Assembly (NCBI RefSeq): GCF_009914755.1 | Contig: NC_060933.1 | Length of the DNA: 64,000 bases | Strand: one strand, 5' to 3' | DNA from: the human T2T-CHM13v2.0 reference genome, Homo sapiens | Shown: one piece after another, positions 43,171 through 55,703 of the stretch | Layout: the number at the start of each line of letters is the position of its first letter | How positions within the stretch are numbered: position 1 is the first letter of the stretch | Program-made: the position numbers and the translations under genes | Notes under the pieces: generated by a model | Told to the model about the DNA's origin: nothing | The model's input: only the letters and a program-made list of their open reading frames with translations | Databases searched by the model: none

Positions 43171-43793
43171 ATAATTCTTAATGTTAAAAGGATCAATCTG
43201 TGGGTTTTCTGTTGCAGTGCAAATGACAAATCATTTTGTGTTACTCAGGGTAAGATTATTTTCCACACAGGTGAAAATGGTTATCTTCAGGAAGAAGACT
43301 CTTGGAGAATAGAAAGAAGTTCCACAGAAGCCAAAAAGAAAAAAAAAAAAAACTACATGTGAATTGCAAAAGGCTAATTGATGCCTTTGATTTTCTGTGA
43401 ACCATGGCAAAACTTGTGGAGCTGTGCTTTTTATTTTTTATTTTTTTAGGCCAAGGTTAGGTTGACCATTAGAGTATTAACTTGGTATTTTAAGTAAAAG
43501 AAACACCACTACTAAATTCTTAGACCTCAGTAAACTTCTTAAATAATGATTAGACCATAATATAATTAGAAGTAATGCAAATAAACATTTAAAGCAGTTT
43601 TTACAGTAATTTTGTTTTGTTTCTGAGGTTTTTGATCTGTGTTCCACTTATTGCTACTTCTTTAAGTGTCTTACTTTAGTGACAATACACCTCTTCTTAT
43701 TCACTCAAAAATAACATGGTAGTAAAAAATTGAAAACTGGAAACTATATTAGGAATAATAGGAAAGTTTATCAAATAAAAGCATGAATGCATA

Positions 43794-44154
43794 TGTATTA
43801 GTTCCTTCTCATGTTATAAAGACATACCCAAGACTGGATAATTTATAAAGAAAAAGAGGTTTAATGAACTCACAATTTCACGTGGCTGGGGAGGCCTCAC
43901 AATCATGATGGAAAGCTAAGGAGAAGCAAAGGCATGTCTTACATGGTGGCAAGCAAGACAGCTTGTGCAGGGGAACTCCCCTTTATAAAACCATCAGATC
44001 TCGTGAAATATATTCACTATTATGAGAACAACATGGGAAAAACCTGTCTCCATGATTCAATTACCTCCCACCGGGTCTCTCCCATGACACATGGGGATTA
44101 TGAGAGCTACCATTCAAGATGAGATTTGGATGGGGACATAGCCAAACCATATCA
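43794..44154 (-). mobile_element. THE1C-like solo LTR
   Basis: Complete tgtattag...aaaccatatca; perfect 5-bp TSD gcata at 43789-43793 and 44155-44159. Confidence 0.93.
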
Positions 44155-44427
44155 GCATATATAATTGTAAAATAACTATTTTTTAAATCCAACAAATAAA
44201 TTCTGCCCATATCGAATGGATATCTTTTACATTAACTTATTGGAAAATGGTACCCCTAGGTGATATCCATTTAATAATAGGATCAATATAGTTTTTTATG
44301 TGAGAAATTCTATAGTAATATGATTAAACAAAAAAAGGCAAAAATTAAACAAAACAAAAATTAAATAAAATAAATTACATATAAGAGGTAGAAGAGAAGT
44401 GTCAACACTGGCACAATATTTTAATTC

Positions 44428-44766
44428 AAAAGTAGGCAAACTGTATTTCTCAGGCCAAATCTGGCCCCCTACCAATTTTTATATAGTTATTGAGCTAAAG
44501 ACGTTTCTTACACTTTTAAATGGTTGAAAAATTATAAGGTACATTAATTAATATTTTATGACACGTGAAAAGTAGATGAAATTCAAATTTCAGTGCCCAT
44601 AAATAAATTTTATTAAAATACAGCCACAACTCATCCATTTATAAATGGTCTCTGGTTCTAGGCTGCTACAACAGCAAGGTTGAAAAGTTGTAACAGAGAT
44701 CTTATGTCCCACAAAGCTTAAAATATGTACTATTTGTGTTTTTACAGACAAGTTTGTCAATGCCTG
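44428..44766. mobile_element. MER58B-like hAT-Charlie element
   Basis: ggcaaact...ggccaaatctggccc ... tgaaattcaaatttcagtg ... aagtttgtcaatgcctg. Confidence 0.85.
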
Positions 44767-44798
44767 TTTTATCTAAAGATTTACGATTTTTACCTGTT

Positions 44799-45353
44799 TG
44801 AAGAATATTAATGGACATGCCACTCCTTATGCCACTTTGGCATAAGGATTATTTTGAAAGCAATTAAAGAGTTACAAGAAAAGGTCTGCACCCTACCCCA
44901 TTTGCCTAAAAACAGGAAGTATATTTTCAAAGATGTCCCTCCTCTCCTCTCCACCACAAATGGCAAAAGTTAATCATTGGAGACACTTTTATACCCTTAT
45001 CAGTCCAGAGACTATACCAGATAAGTCTATGTAACAAACATTACTGACTAGCCTTTATCTGTCATTGGTTTCCTTCCTACAACATATCTACTTTCTTACA
45101 ATTTCTTGCCCTTGGAAGCCTACCACTGCTTTCCTTTCATTTCTCTAGATTTATTGCTCTTTGTCAATGCTGCTGTATAATCCCGAGTTTTAAGCCACTT
45201 TTTCAAGTCACTCATCTCTTGTTAGTCCCATTTTACATGCATGATACACATGTTAAACTTTTGCTTGTTTTTCTCCTGTTAACCTGCCTTTTGTTACAGG
45301 GGTCCAGCTGAGAATTTGGAAGGGGAGAGGCAAATGCTTTTTCCTCCTCTACA
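44799..45353 (+). mobile_element. MER34-family ERV1 solo LTR
   Basis: tatgccactttggcataaggattattttga near the start; ends ttttcctcctctaca. Confidence 0.7.
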
Positions 45354-45444
45354 ATAGTATAAATATGCATATGTATGTTTTGAGTCCTCACTAATTGTCA
45401 TATACTATCCATGTTTTATACCCATTTTTTGGCCACATAATATA

Positions 45445-45620
45445 TTCAATATCTGTTATTTCACTTAATCCTTGAGTTAATCATGCGAGGAATGTGCTAG
45501 AATTAACCACATTTAAAATATACAAATACTGGAATTTACATAGAATGTATAATTTCCAGAGTCACACATCTGAAACTCAAGCCCTGCTTAAGTCTGACTC
45601 CAAAGCCCATACTCTCTTAT
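45445..45620 (-). mobile_element. MIR SINE
   Basis: gtctgactccaaagcccatactct, MIR 5' end in antisense. Confidence 0.6.
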
Positions 45621-46677
45621 CTTTTTTTACTGCTTTATATTTTTAGTTACATATTTATGAATTTAGTGACATGTTTATGTATACTTAAAAACTGATTAAG
45701 ACAGCAGAATCTAAAGCAATTATTAACACATTTATTTTCATTTTAATTTCAAATAAATCATTTGCTATTTGAAGAAAATTATTCTTGAATGACAACAAGT
45801 CATGCACCTAACGTTGCCAGATAGAGCCTTCTTAAACAAATGAAAAACAGTTATAAACAGACAAATGCATTTTCACCTTTTTCTCCTTTAGAATTTTCTG
45901 TCTAGGAAGGGCAGATAGTCATGTTGAAAATCACACATTCTAAAAGCCAAGGGAATAGTCCTGAAAACACCTGTGAGATAGCAGATACAAATTGAATGAG
46001 GCAGAGAAGGGAGGGAATATTAAACAGAAGAAACTGGCCCTATGCTTAACCGCCTAAAATTACCCTAGGTTTTCTTATGCTAAATTCATAGCAGATGAAG
46101 TTCAAGTGATAAAATTGTGCCAAGTGAGGAATCATAACCTTTCTAATGCTGTGAATCAGGGATTAATTATTAGTGGGAATAATCATTAACATTGTCCTGA
46201 CACCTGGACCCAAAAAAGCCTCTTCTCCAGCAACCCTGCAAAATATGATCCTGTAAGAAAAATGTCCCATTCTGGATCTTAGGTTGGAATTGACTCAGAA
46301 TAGAATTAGAATATCTAAAAAATGTTCTAATACAATTTTGTTAACCTCTATGACTTTTATACATTCTTTGAGAATAAAAAATATGTGTGAAAAATTTTCT
46401 AATTTGAACCATAATATGAAAGGGAAAAGGGAGATAAGTTAAAGAAAAAAATTATATATATAAATTTACGAAAAAAGTCTCCATTTTATTCACTCAATGG
46501 ATGGCACTTAACATAGCATGAAAACAAGGAAGCAATTTCTGTATACGTCACTGTCTTTATTAGATGTTTCACGTATATGATAATATTCTATTTCAGCTCT
46601 GTGAAACAGAACATTTTTTTCTTATTTAGGAATTGAAACTTAAAAAACAAAAACAAAAGTAGCTGTGCTAGATCGTC

Positions 46678-46738
46678 TTTGATCCACAGTTGGTTGAATC
46701 TACAGATGTGGAACCTGTGGATATGGAGAGCCAATGGT
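46678..46738. mobile_element. MER2/Tigger terminal fragment
   Basis: tttgatccacagttggttgaatctacagatgtggaacctgtggatatggagagcc. Confidence 0.65.
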
Positions 46739-46839
46739 GCTCTGAGCACTACAGTAAGCTGTGACCTCAGAACAAAGACCAAATCCAGTCTGTGGCTGTG
46801 ACACTTCTTGTTAAAACCAATGGAAAGTTGAAGGTGCAT

Positions 46840-47560
46840 GTAATGGATCTTTTAAGTCAGACAATAAGGCTCCTAGGAAATGCAGGAGCATGAGCCCATG
46901 GAATCTTGAAGTAGCCAAACTTTCAGTAATTAAGGATAAAGAGAGATGATTTTTAAAAGCATTTTAGAAGCGACTCTGGCACACAGATTTGGCTGGAATC
47001 AAATACATGGAAACTCAAAATATTTCAAAAGACCTGTACTGGCAAAGGTGCCACCTGCCTGTAGTAAAAAATATGAGGCACAAAAGAAATTCAGTAAGAA
47101 GCTGAAGAAGAAATATGCTCAATGACCTTTTCAAAAGTGGTCAGGGAGAGTTATGAAAAGTGGAAATTCCCAGAGTCAAGTCTAGAGCTGCAGAGAACAA
47201 TAGACTGAGTTGAAATGAGGTCCAATCAAGGAACATTTTCTATCCTCAGAGTAAGGAAAGTGGGCAATATTTGCTCAATCGGATCTCAGAGTTACTAAAG
47301 ATCAATAATAGCTGTAGGCCTACCCTTCTTTGCACTTGCAATAGAAGTGTTTACTGTGGTTATCCTGTCCCTGTTCCACCATCGTATGTTGAATGTATGA
47401 GATAAGAGGGTTGCAGGTAATATATCTTAGCTCTTCTGATTTAGGGGCACAGGATATAGATCTGATCAAGCCTGATGCAATGATAAGATGGGACTCTGGG
47501 TATATTTTGGAGAGTAATAGGGTATTTTTCATATGGGGACACAGAGTACCCAAAATGAAG
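46840..47560 (+). mobile_element. Old MLT1-type MaLR internal fragment
   Basis: gtgtttactgtggttatcctgtccctgttccacca and gatgggactctggg motifs, parallel to 27400-27800. Confidence 0.6.
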
Positions 47561-47568
47561 ATCATAGC

Positions 47569-48089
47569 TGTGGCAACCATGAAAATGTCTGTGGGGGCCA
47601 CAGGCTCTTGGCCTTGTAAAGGTTTTCTAAAAACCACTGACATGAGGCAGATTGATTAATAGGAAAAAAGGCATACAAATTTATTTAACATGTATACACA
47701 GGAGACTTCACAATGATCTAACTTCCTTATGAGTTACAGAAACTTATATACCATTTTGAGATTACTGAAAGAATGAGGGCTTAAATTCTGGTAGTACAGG
47801 TTATAGGAGGGGGGAAAGAGGCTTGGCTAGCAAAGATGGCCTTGCTATGTAGATGAAGCCTCCCTCAGAAGAAACAGATTGTATTTCTTTTCAGACTTTT
47901 AAAGGTACGTGACTCTTACTCTCTCAGATCCTGGGTCATGGCTGAATTAATAGAGATTATCTACAGATGCAAATTTTCCCCACTTAAGACAGCTATGCAA
48001 GGCCATTTTTATCAGGACGGCCAAGTAGCAGCCATTTCAAAATACGTCAAACAAATATATTTTGGGGTAAATTATGTTAATTTCCTTCA
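47569..48089 (-). mobile_element. MER4-group ERV1 LTR (LTR54/LTR56-like)
   Basis: Ends gccatttcaaaatacgtcaaacaaatatattttggggtaaattatgttaatttccttca. Confidence 0.7.
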
Positions 48090-48587
48090 TCTCACCCAAA
48101 TATCTTAACTGTGGGGAGGGTGAGTGTGATGCTGGATATATGCAGTTATGTCTATGAAGTGACCAGTGATCTGTCTGAAATGGGTGGATAACCTGGGGGT
48201 GGTATTTGTCCTCACTGGATAAGCTTCAAGTTATTTAGGGAGTTCCAGTTTAAAATATGTATCTCTTAAAATCATCTATATTTTTAAAACTTTAACTTTT
48301 ACACACTAAGCAACAGAATACCCAAGAGAGAGAAAGTAAACATTTAAGTATTAATTGTTAATAAATAATTTAAAATATTCTGCTTGCATAACAACATCTT
48401 TTAATTAGGTTAAAATTGTATACTGAATCATAGATCTAAAATAGCATGCCCTTCGAAAGATACATTTAATTTTCAATATCAATTGGTATGTTTAAAGAAA
48501 CTTGCTTTAGAAATCTGAGAACATAAAAATACTTGAGAGAATATTGCAAATATGATCACCACAATTGGCTAATACCTGTAAGAAAAA

Positions 48588-48760
48588 GGGTACAGATTCT
48601 GGAATCTGATATGCCACTTACCACCTCTGTGTCCTGGAACGTGTATTTAACTTCCCTGAACATCAGAATCATTTTCTGTAAAGTGGAGCTGATATTAAAG
48701 CCTTGTACAGTTAGTGTGAAATTAATTGCTATGGTATATGTAAAGTTTTTCTTGAATGGT
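48588..48760 (+). mobile_element. MIR SINE
   Basis: tgccacttacc...tttaacttccctgaacatcag...tctgtaaagtgg core. Confidence 0.6.
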
Positions 48761-49305
48761 AAACTCTCAACAATTGAATTTCACGGCTCTCCCCCTGTGA
48801 ATACTCACAGACATATTTTCTCAATGCATAAGGAATTGTTTATCAGACATGAAATATGAAGTTGGAATTTGTAAATGAATTTGTGGGCTTAGGACAAAAA
48901 GCACCCAATTCCATTGATTTATTGTCCAGTCTGTCCTTCACATAGTGCTAGTCAACATATCAGAATTAGTTGTTCTATTTGATGGCTGCCTTTCTCATTC
49001 ACCATAGTGGCTTGGTAGAATGTTGATTAGCTGTTAGATCAAGGTATAAGAAAATTAGATTAACTTAAATTGGCAAGTAATTTTCAAATAAGTAGGCTTT
49101 AAATTCAGTCATAAAGTGTAAGGGTGGAAGCTGGTCTGAATTCGTTAAAACCTTATCTATTGGGTATGTATCCAGATTGCTTTCCTTGAATTTTGTGTGG
49201 CCAGTTGCCACATTTAAGTTGGACATGGGGTGAGGAGGGTAGGTGTAATACTGAGCTCATGCAGTGTTATCCAAGAAATGACTAGTAATCTACCCAAAAT
49301 GAGTT

Positions 49306-49928
49306 TGTAGCCAAAAATAAAATTCTAACTGACTGATGGACACACCCCTTGGCTAAGGGCATTCCAAAGTTAGCCTGAAAAACTAGCTCAGGCCATGATG
49401 GGAAGTGGGGATCAGACAGGCTTCATTATACCCTTCTCCTTTTGGAATTCAGGCACAGCTGATAGCATTAACATTAAAACAAAGGCCTTAAGACTGATAG
49501 AATAGACTCTTTAAGTCTGTTAAGTTTACAATCTATTCTCTCTTAAATCTGCTACCTGGAGGCTACATCTGCATGATAAAACCTTGATTTCCACAACCTT
49601 TTATCATAACTCAGACATTCCTTTCTATTGATTCCAGGTCTTCAGTTAATAACCAATTGCCAATCAGAAAGTCTTTGAATCCACCTGTGACCTGGAAGCT
49701 CCTGCTTCCAGTTGTCCTGCCTTTCTGGACCGAACCAATTTACATCTTACATGTATTGATTAATGTCTTATGTCTCCCTAAAATGTATAAAACCAAGCTG
49801 TAGCCCAGCTACCTTGGCCACAGGTTCTCAGAATCTCTGGGGGCTGTATTGCATGCCATTGGTCACTCATAATTGGCTCAGAACAAATGTCTGCAAATAT
49901 TTTCAGATTTTGACTCTTTTCATCAACA
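49306..49928 (+). mobile_element. MER4B-like ERV1 solo LTR, complete
   Basis: tgtagccaaaaataaaattcta ... ttttgactcttttcatcaaca; perfect 4-bp TSD agtt at 49302-49305 and 49929-49932. Confidence 0.9.
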
Positions 49929-50479
49929 AGTTGATAACTTTGAGATGATGTATTTTCTGTTGGAAGAGCCCTGGGATCCTACCTCGTTCCACTTTCACAT
50001 TCTCCTTTCTACTGCTCTGTCCTCCCAATCTATTACTCACTATATCTGAGTTTATCTCAACTTAGGCTCTGCCTTCATTGTGTATCAATACCACAACATT
50101 TTTTGAGAACTGCTGAGTAAAGACTTGTCTACGTGCTATGTAAGCTTATAAGGACGTCTAACCCCTTTGACCCTATGCCATATATATTCTTTCCTTTATC
50201 AAGTCATAGATCATATATGAGCAACATTCTTTACAAAATTATTTACTTCCTTCCTTAATTTCCTATAATTGTTCTATCCTTCTCTGCAATTGATGACACA
50301 CCAAATCCATGCCTCAAGCTAAACCCTGTGCAGGTCCTCATTTTTTTTTTTTTTTTTTCTGGATGCCTGAGAATAGATTCCAAGCCTTAGGAGTATGTAA
50401 ATAGCCTGAATATGAGCTTTGTCCTAGTCACAATGGTGACAATGGCAGCTTTTGTCTTAAGCACAATAAGAAAGAGAAA

Positions 50480-50660
50480 AAGAAGTGAGCTTTGGGACTT
50501 TAAAACATTGGATTTGAATTGTAACTTTACCTCTACTTTCTCTGATGTTTGAGCAATTCGTTTAACCACCCCTAAGCTTCAATTTGTTCTTATTTGTAAA
50601 ATAGGGACAGAGTTTTTTTTGAGAATTAAGTGAAATAATGTGTATAAGTATTCTAATTAT
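50480..50660 (+). mobile_element. MIR SINE
   Basis: ctaagcttcaatttgttcttatttgtaaaatagggac...gagaattaagtgaaataatgtgtataa. Confidence 0.65.
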
Positions 50661-51764
50661 TTTCTTTGCATGAATTATGTAAAATCCCGAGTACTTTCTA
50701 GGTGTTTATGGTAAAATCTGCTATGTGAACCAGACCTGCAACCTTTTCTTCCTGGACATTCAGCTGCACTATAATTTTCATGCAGATTTCCCATGCAGCT
50801 GTCCATAAATGGATTTCATTTTCTCAATCACTGAAGGTAGCTATATTGCTAGTGAATTTTTCCCTCAATTTAGAAAACTAGAAATACAAGATGTAAAACA
50901 AGTGATGTTAGATTTTATGTAACTGGAAATGAATTTAAGTCAAAGAAGAGCTATGATAATTTCCAAAGCAACTTGGTAGTTACGTAGTCACTTGCTTTAA
51001 TTTTGACATTCTAGATTAATAGAATTAATATTAGATTCCATAAAGGATAGTGTAGAAATCAAATGACTGTAACCTCTATAAAGACATGTTTTTTTAAAAA
51101 AACTTATATTTACCAATAAACTAAACAAATGAAGTTGTTGAGAAAATTTCCTACTTTCTAAAAATTTAAAGTTATAAAAAAAGAGAAAGTAAAGTTTGCA
51201 ACTAAAGATTACATTGTTAAAAAATTTATCTTCTGCCATGTCTTTCACATATTAAAAACTAATTTAATAATTTAATAGTTTTATTTTTTAATTCAATTTA
51301 ATTTGAATTAAATTTGCATGAAAAGAGTAGTCACTACAGCCATTTAGATGGGAAAAATGGCTTTAATACTCCATATATACACTTGTTTGAAGAGAGTGGA
51401 ATCTAATTCTAATGCTTAAGATTTGCATATTACAGAAAGAAAAAAGCCTCATTTTAAGGCAGCATTATGATTTTCCATGACAATAGCTTGAGTATAAGTT
51501 TAGATAGATCTGGATTCAAGTTCCAGCTCAACTCTTTAAATCAGTATAAAAATTTGTATAATTTTCCAATATCTTACAGCCTCCTTTTATTACCTATTAA
51601 ATAAATATAAACAAATTTTAATGAAATCCATATCCTCTCCTGGATAAGATGAAACAACAAATGTCTGTGGTATATAGCATGACCAACCTTTATTAGTCAC
51701 TAAGGAAAATAATATTATCTTTATAGACTCACCTACTTAAAAAAATACTGTATTAAAACCCGAG

Positions 51765-52142
51765 TGTCTCAGCTTGTTTTCTACTCTGTAACAGAATACT
51801 ACAGAAATTTATTTAGCTTATAGTTCAAGAGGCTGGGAAGTCCAAGATCGAGGAGCTATATCTGGTGAGGGTCTTCTTTTGGCTTTTAATGTGGCAGAAA
51901 GTATCACATGGTGAGAAGTGAGAAAGCATACAAGACAGAGAGAAAAAGGGGACCAAACTTATCCTTTTATTAGGAGCTCACTCTCAAGATAATAAACCCA
52001 CTTCTGCTATAGCAGCATTCATCCATTCATGACGGTAGAGCTGTCATGACCTAAACACCTGTCAAATGTCCCACATCTTAATACCTTACATTGGCAGTTT
52101 AATTTCAACATGAATTTTGGAAGGGACATTCAAACCATAGCA
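51765..52142 (-). mobile_element. MSTB/MSTC-type solo LTR
   Basis: gaggctgggaagtccaagatc ... tttcaacatgaattttggaagggacattcaaaccatagca. Confidence 0.85.
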
Positions 52143-52245
52143 CTGACCAAACATGCTGAAGCTTCGTGTGAAAATTTATAAGATATCTTATGAAAATAAG
52201 AAACAGAGAGAAATCAGAAATTGACAAAATTTTCATTTGGTTATT

Positions 52246-52464
52246 CTGAGACGGGCAGATCACAAGGTCAGGAGATCGAGACCATCCTGGCTAACACGGT
52301 GAAACCCCATCTCCACTAAAAATACAAAAAATTAGCCGGCCGTGGTGGTGGGTGCCTGTAGTCTCAGCTACTTGGGAGGCTGAGGCGGAGAATGGCGTGA
52401 ACCCGGGAGGCGGAGCTTGCCGTGAGCCGAGATCGCGCCACTGCACTCTAGCCTGGGCAACAGA
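52246..52464 (+). mobile_element. AluY fragment truncated at both ends; no poly-A tail, no TSD
   Basis: Y diagnostics and high CpG retention; begins ~45 nt into the consensus and stops at ...gggcaacaga. Confidence 0.92.
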
Positions 52465-52888
52465 CACCACAAATAATAAAATCCTATTACATTTTGTTTG
52501 AAGGTGATAAAAAAGAAATTGTTTCTGGTGACCTTCTAACTAGAAAGAGATACAATCCTTTTATTAAAAAGGTACTCTGTTTTAGAGAGCAAATATATCA
52601 GAACCAGATTTTTTTTTCTTTAGTTAGAGCCACAGGAGGGTTCATAGAAAACTACGTAAACCATTGCGTTTAAAATGGTCCATAAATGTCTAGCAAGTAG
52701 AAGCTTGTAGTAAATATGTAGGACAGAAGAAAAGTAAAGCCCTGAATTTTGCCCAGAAAACTGATTGAGAGTATTTGAGGAAACAAGGGAAGACCCTCAT
52801 TGAGCTTAACAAAGAGTTGTCATAAATACACATTTTTTGAATGGCAACATAGATTGCATTTGTTTAGAAACCTATAAAGAAGGAATTA

Positions 52889-53264
<376 letters not shown>

Positions 53265-53904
53265 TTAGAGATTTTAGCACAGGATTAAGTAGATGAAAAG
53301 TCAAAAAACCAGGGCAACTCCCTAACGCATATGACTATGATGGAAGGGCTTACCTTCATTAGAAAGGGGTCACCAGAAGCACTGGACAGGCAGAATTTAA
53401 AACAAAACAAAACTTGCTAGATCTTTGAGTGCCAATCTATTTCAAGGTATTGAAGTACCCATGATGTGTTACAACAATAAAGTTTCTAAACTAAGATTTT
53501 GAAAAATCACATATTATTTCAAAGAATACATTTGAGTACAGCCTAATAATTGATGTAAATTTATATTAAAATTAAACTCTGTGATCCGATGTGAAAAGCT
53601 GAAAGTGAGGACAATAGAATACTGATTTTCTGGCAACTAGTGTCCTGGGCTTAATATCCACTGGTAAATAAAATAAACAGCAGCTTTATGGATTATTCAA
53701 AGGCCCAAAACTTGAGGAGAGTTTTATAAAGTTGTACACTGGAAGTAGAAACAATAAAATGGACATGTTTAGATCCCCAACATCGGTAAGAGATTAATTG
53801 TAAACATCTTTCAGTTTAACCAAGGGGTGTTATTCATGGGAATACTCCATGTTTATATAAAAAATGTGAATGAGATGAAAATATAGGTAGAGGAGTTAAA
53901 CAGG

Positions 53905-54153
53905 CTTCAACAGTCCCTAATTTCTGATGTTCTCTTGCACAATCTTCTTCCCTTTATTGTGTCTGAGACTCATGACTTGCTTCTAACAACAGAGAACAGT
54001 AAAGGTGAGAGGATATATCATTCCATGAATAACTCATGCTGTGTAAGACTTTGTCTTGCTGGCCAACTTGCTCTCCTGGCTAAAGATAATAAGGAGGTGT
54101 TCTAAGTCGCTCGGTCTATGATGATTTGTTGTACAGCATAGAAAACTAATACA
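53905..54153 (+). mobile_element. MLT1E/F-type LTR, internally deleted
   Basis: tgacttgcttctaac ... tttgttgtacagcatagaaaactaataca. Confidence 0.7.
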
Positions 54154-54434
54154 AGGAGATCCATCTGTCCTTCACAGAGTAAGAATATCTTGGTAAAGGT
54201 AGAGATGTCTTTGGAATACAAGTGTTTTTAGGTTCCAAGATTACTAATCCCTTTTTCAGGTAACTTACTAGCACTGCTAAGAAGGTTCATTTTATAGCTA
54301 GTAATTATGTGAAGTTAGGCTCCAGCTCCAAATTCAAAATAATAATAATAACAATAAAAGGGAAAAAATTCCTGTCAAATTTGTTATCCAAAGAACTTAA
54401 TGATTTCCCTAGTTCATTTTTTTCTCTTTTAAAA

Positions 54435-55460
54435 ATATTTTTATTTTTAATTGAGCTAAAATTGTAGTCAGTGTTTACCATCTTAACCATTTTTAAGTGT
54501 ATAGTTCAGTGGTGTTAAGTACATTCAAAAATCTTTATATTTTGCAAAGCTAAGAGCTCTATACCCACTAAAAAACTACACATTCCATTTTGCCCCCAGT
54601 TCCTAGCATCCGTTATTCTACATTTTGTCTTTGAATTAGACTACTCCAGGTACCTATATAAGTGAATCATACAGTATTTATCTTATTGTGATTGGCTTAT
54701 GTAATTAGCATAATGTCCTCAAGGTTTATCCATGTTGTAGAGTGTGATAGGATTTTCTTCCATTTTAAAGCTGAATAGTATTTCAGTGTTATGTATATAC
54801 TGCATTTTGTTTATCTATTTATCTTTTAACAGATACTTGAGTTGCTTCCACATTTTAGCTATGTGAATAATGCTGCTGTGATATGAGTATACGAATATTT
54901 CTTTGAAACCTGGATTTCAATTATTTTGGATACATATACAGAAGTGGAATTGCTGGATCATAAGTTCATTGTATTTTTAATTTGTCAAGAAACTGACATA
55001 ATGTTTTTCACAGTGGACACACAGTTTTACATTCCCATCATCAGTGCACAGAGTTGTAATTTCTCCACATCTTTGCCAATATTTGTGATTTTCTGATTTT
55101 GTATAGCAGATATCCTAATGAGTGCAAGTTGGTATCTCATGGTTTTGATTTCTGCTTCCCTAATGATTAGTAATGCTAAACATTATTTTATGTGCATATT
55201 GTTCATTTGCATATCTTCTTTGGAGAAATGTCTATTCAAGTCCTTTGCTCATATTTAAATCGAGTCATTTGTTTAGTTGTTGATGTATAAGAGTTATTTA
55301 TATGTTCAGATATCAACCCTTAACAAACATATGGTTTTCAGAGTGTTCATCCATTCTATGGGTTGCCTTTCCTTCAGTTGATTGTATCATTTGATTTGTA
55401 GAAGTTTTAAATTTTGATGTCGTCCACTTTATCTATTTTTAAAATTTTGTTCCTTGTGTT
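54435..55460 (-). mobile_element. L1MB-type LINE 3' end (~1 kb)
   Basis: tttaccatcttaaccatttttaagtgtatagttcagtg ... gaagtggaattgctggatcat ... tggagaaatgtctattcaagtcctttgc. Confidence 0.9.
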
Positions 55461-55614
55461 CTCTCTTTCTCTCTCATCACCCTAGTATTCATGAGTGCTC
55501 CAGTTCCAGGTTTAAAGTGAAACTCAGAAATAGTGATCACACTAAAGTAAATTTGTTTCTTTAAAAAGGTAAGAATGTTGTTGCTGGGCTTAGAAATATG
55601 AATAACCATATGCC

Positions 55615-55631
55615 AGATAGATAGATGGATG

Positions 55632-55663
<32 letters not shown>

Positions 55664-55703
55664 CATACATACATACATACATACATACATACATAGACAG
55701 ATA
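55615..55703. repeat. Compound tetranucleotide STR (GATA/GATG)n(CATA)n
   Basis: Direct reading. Confidence 0.95.
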
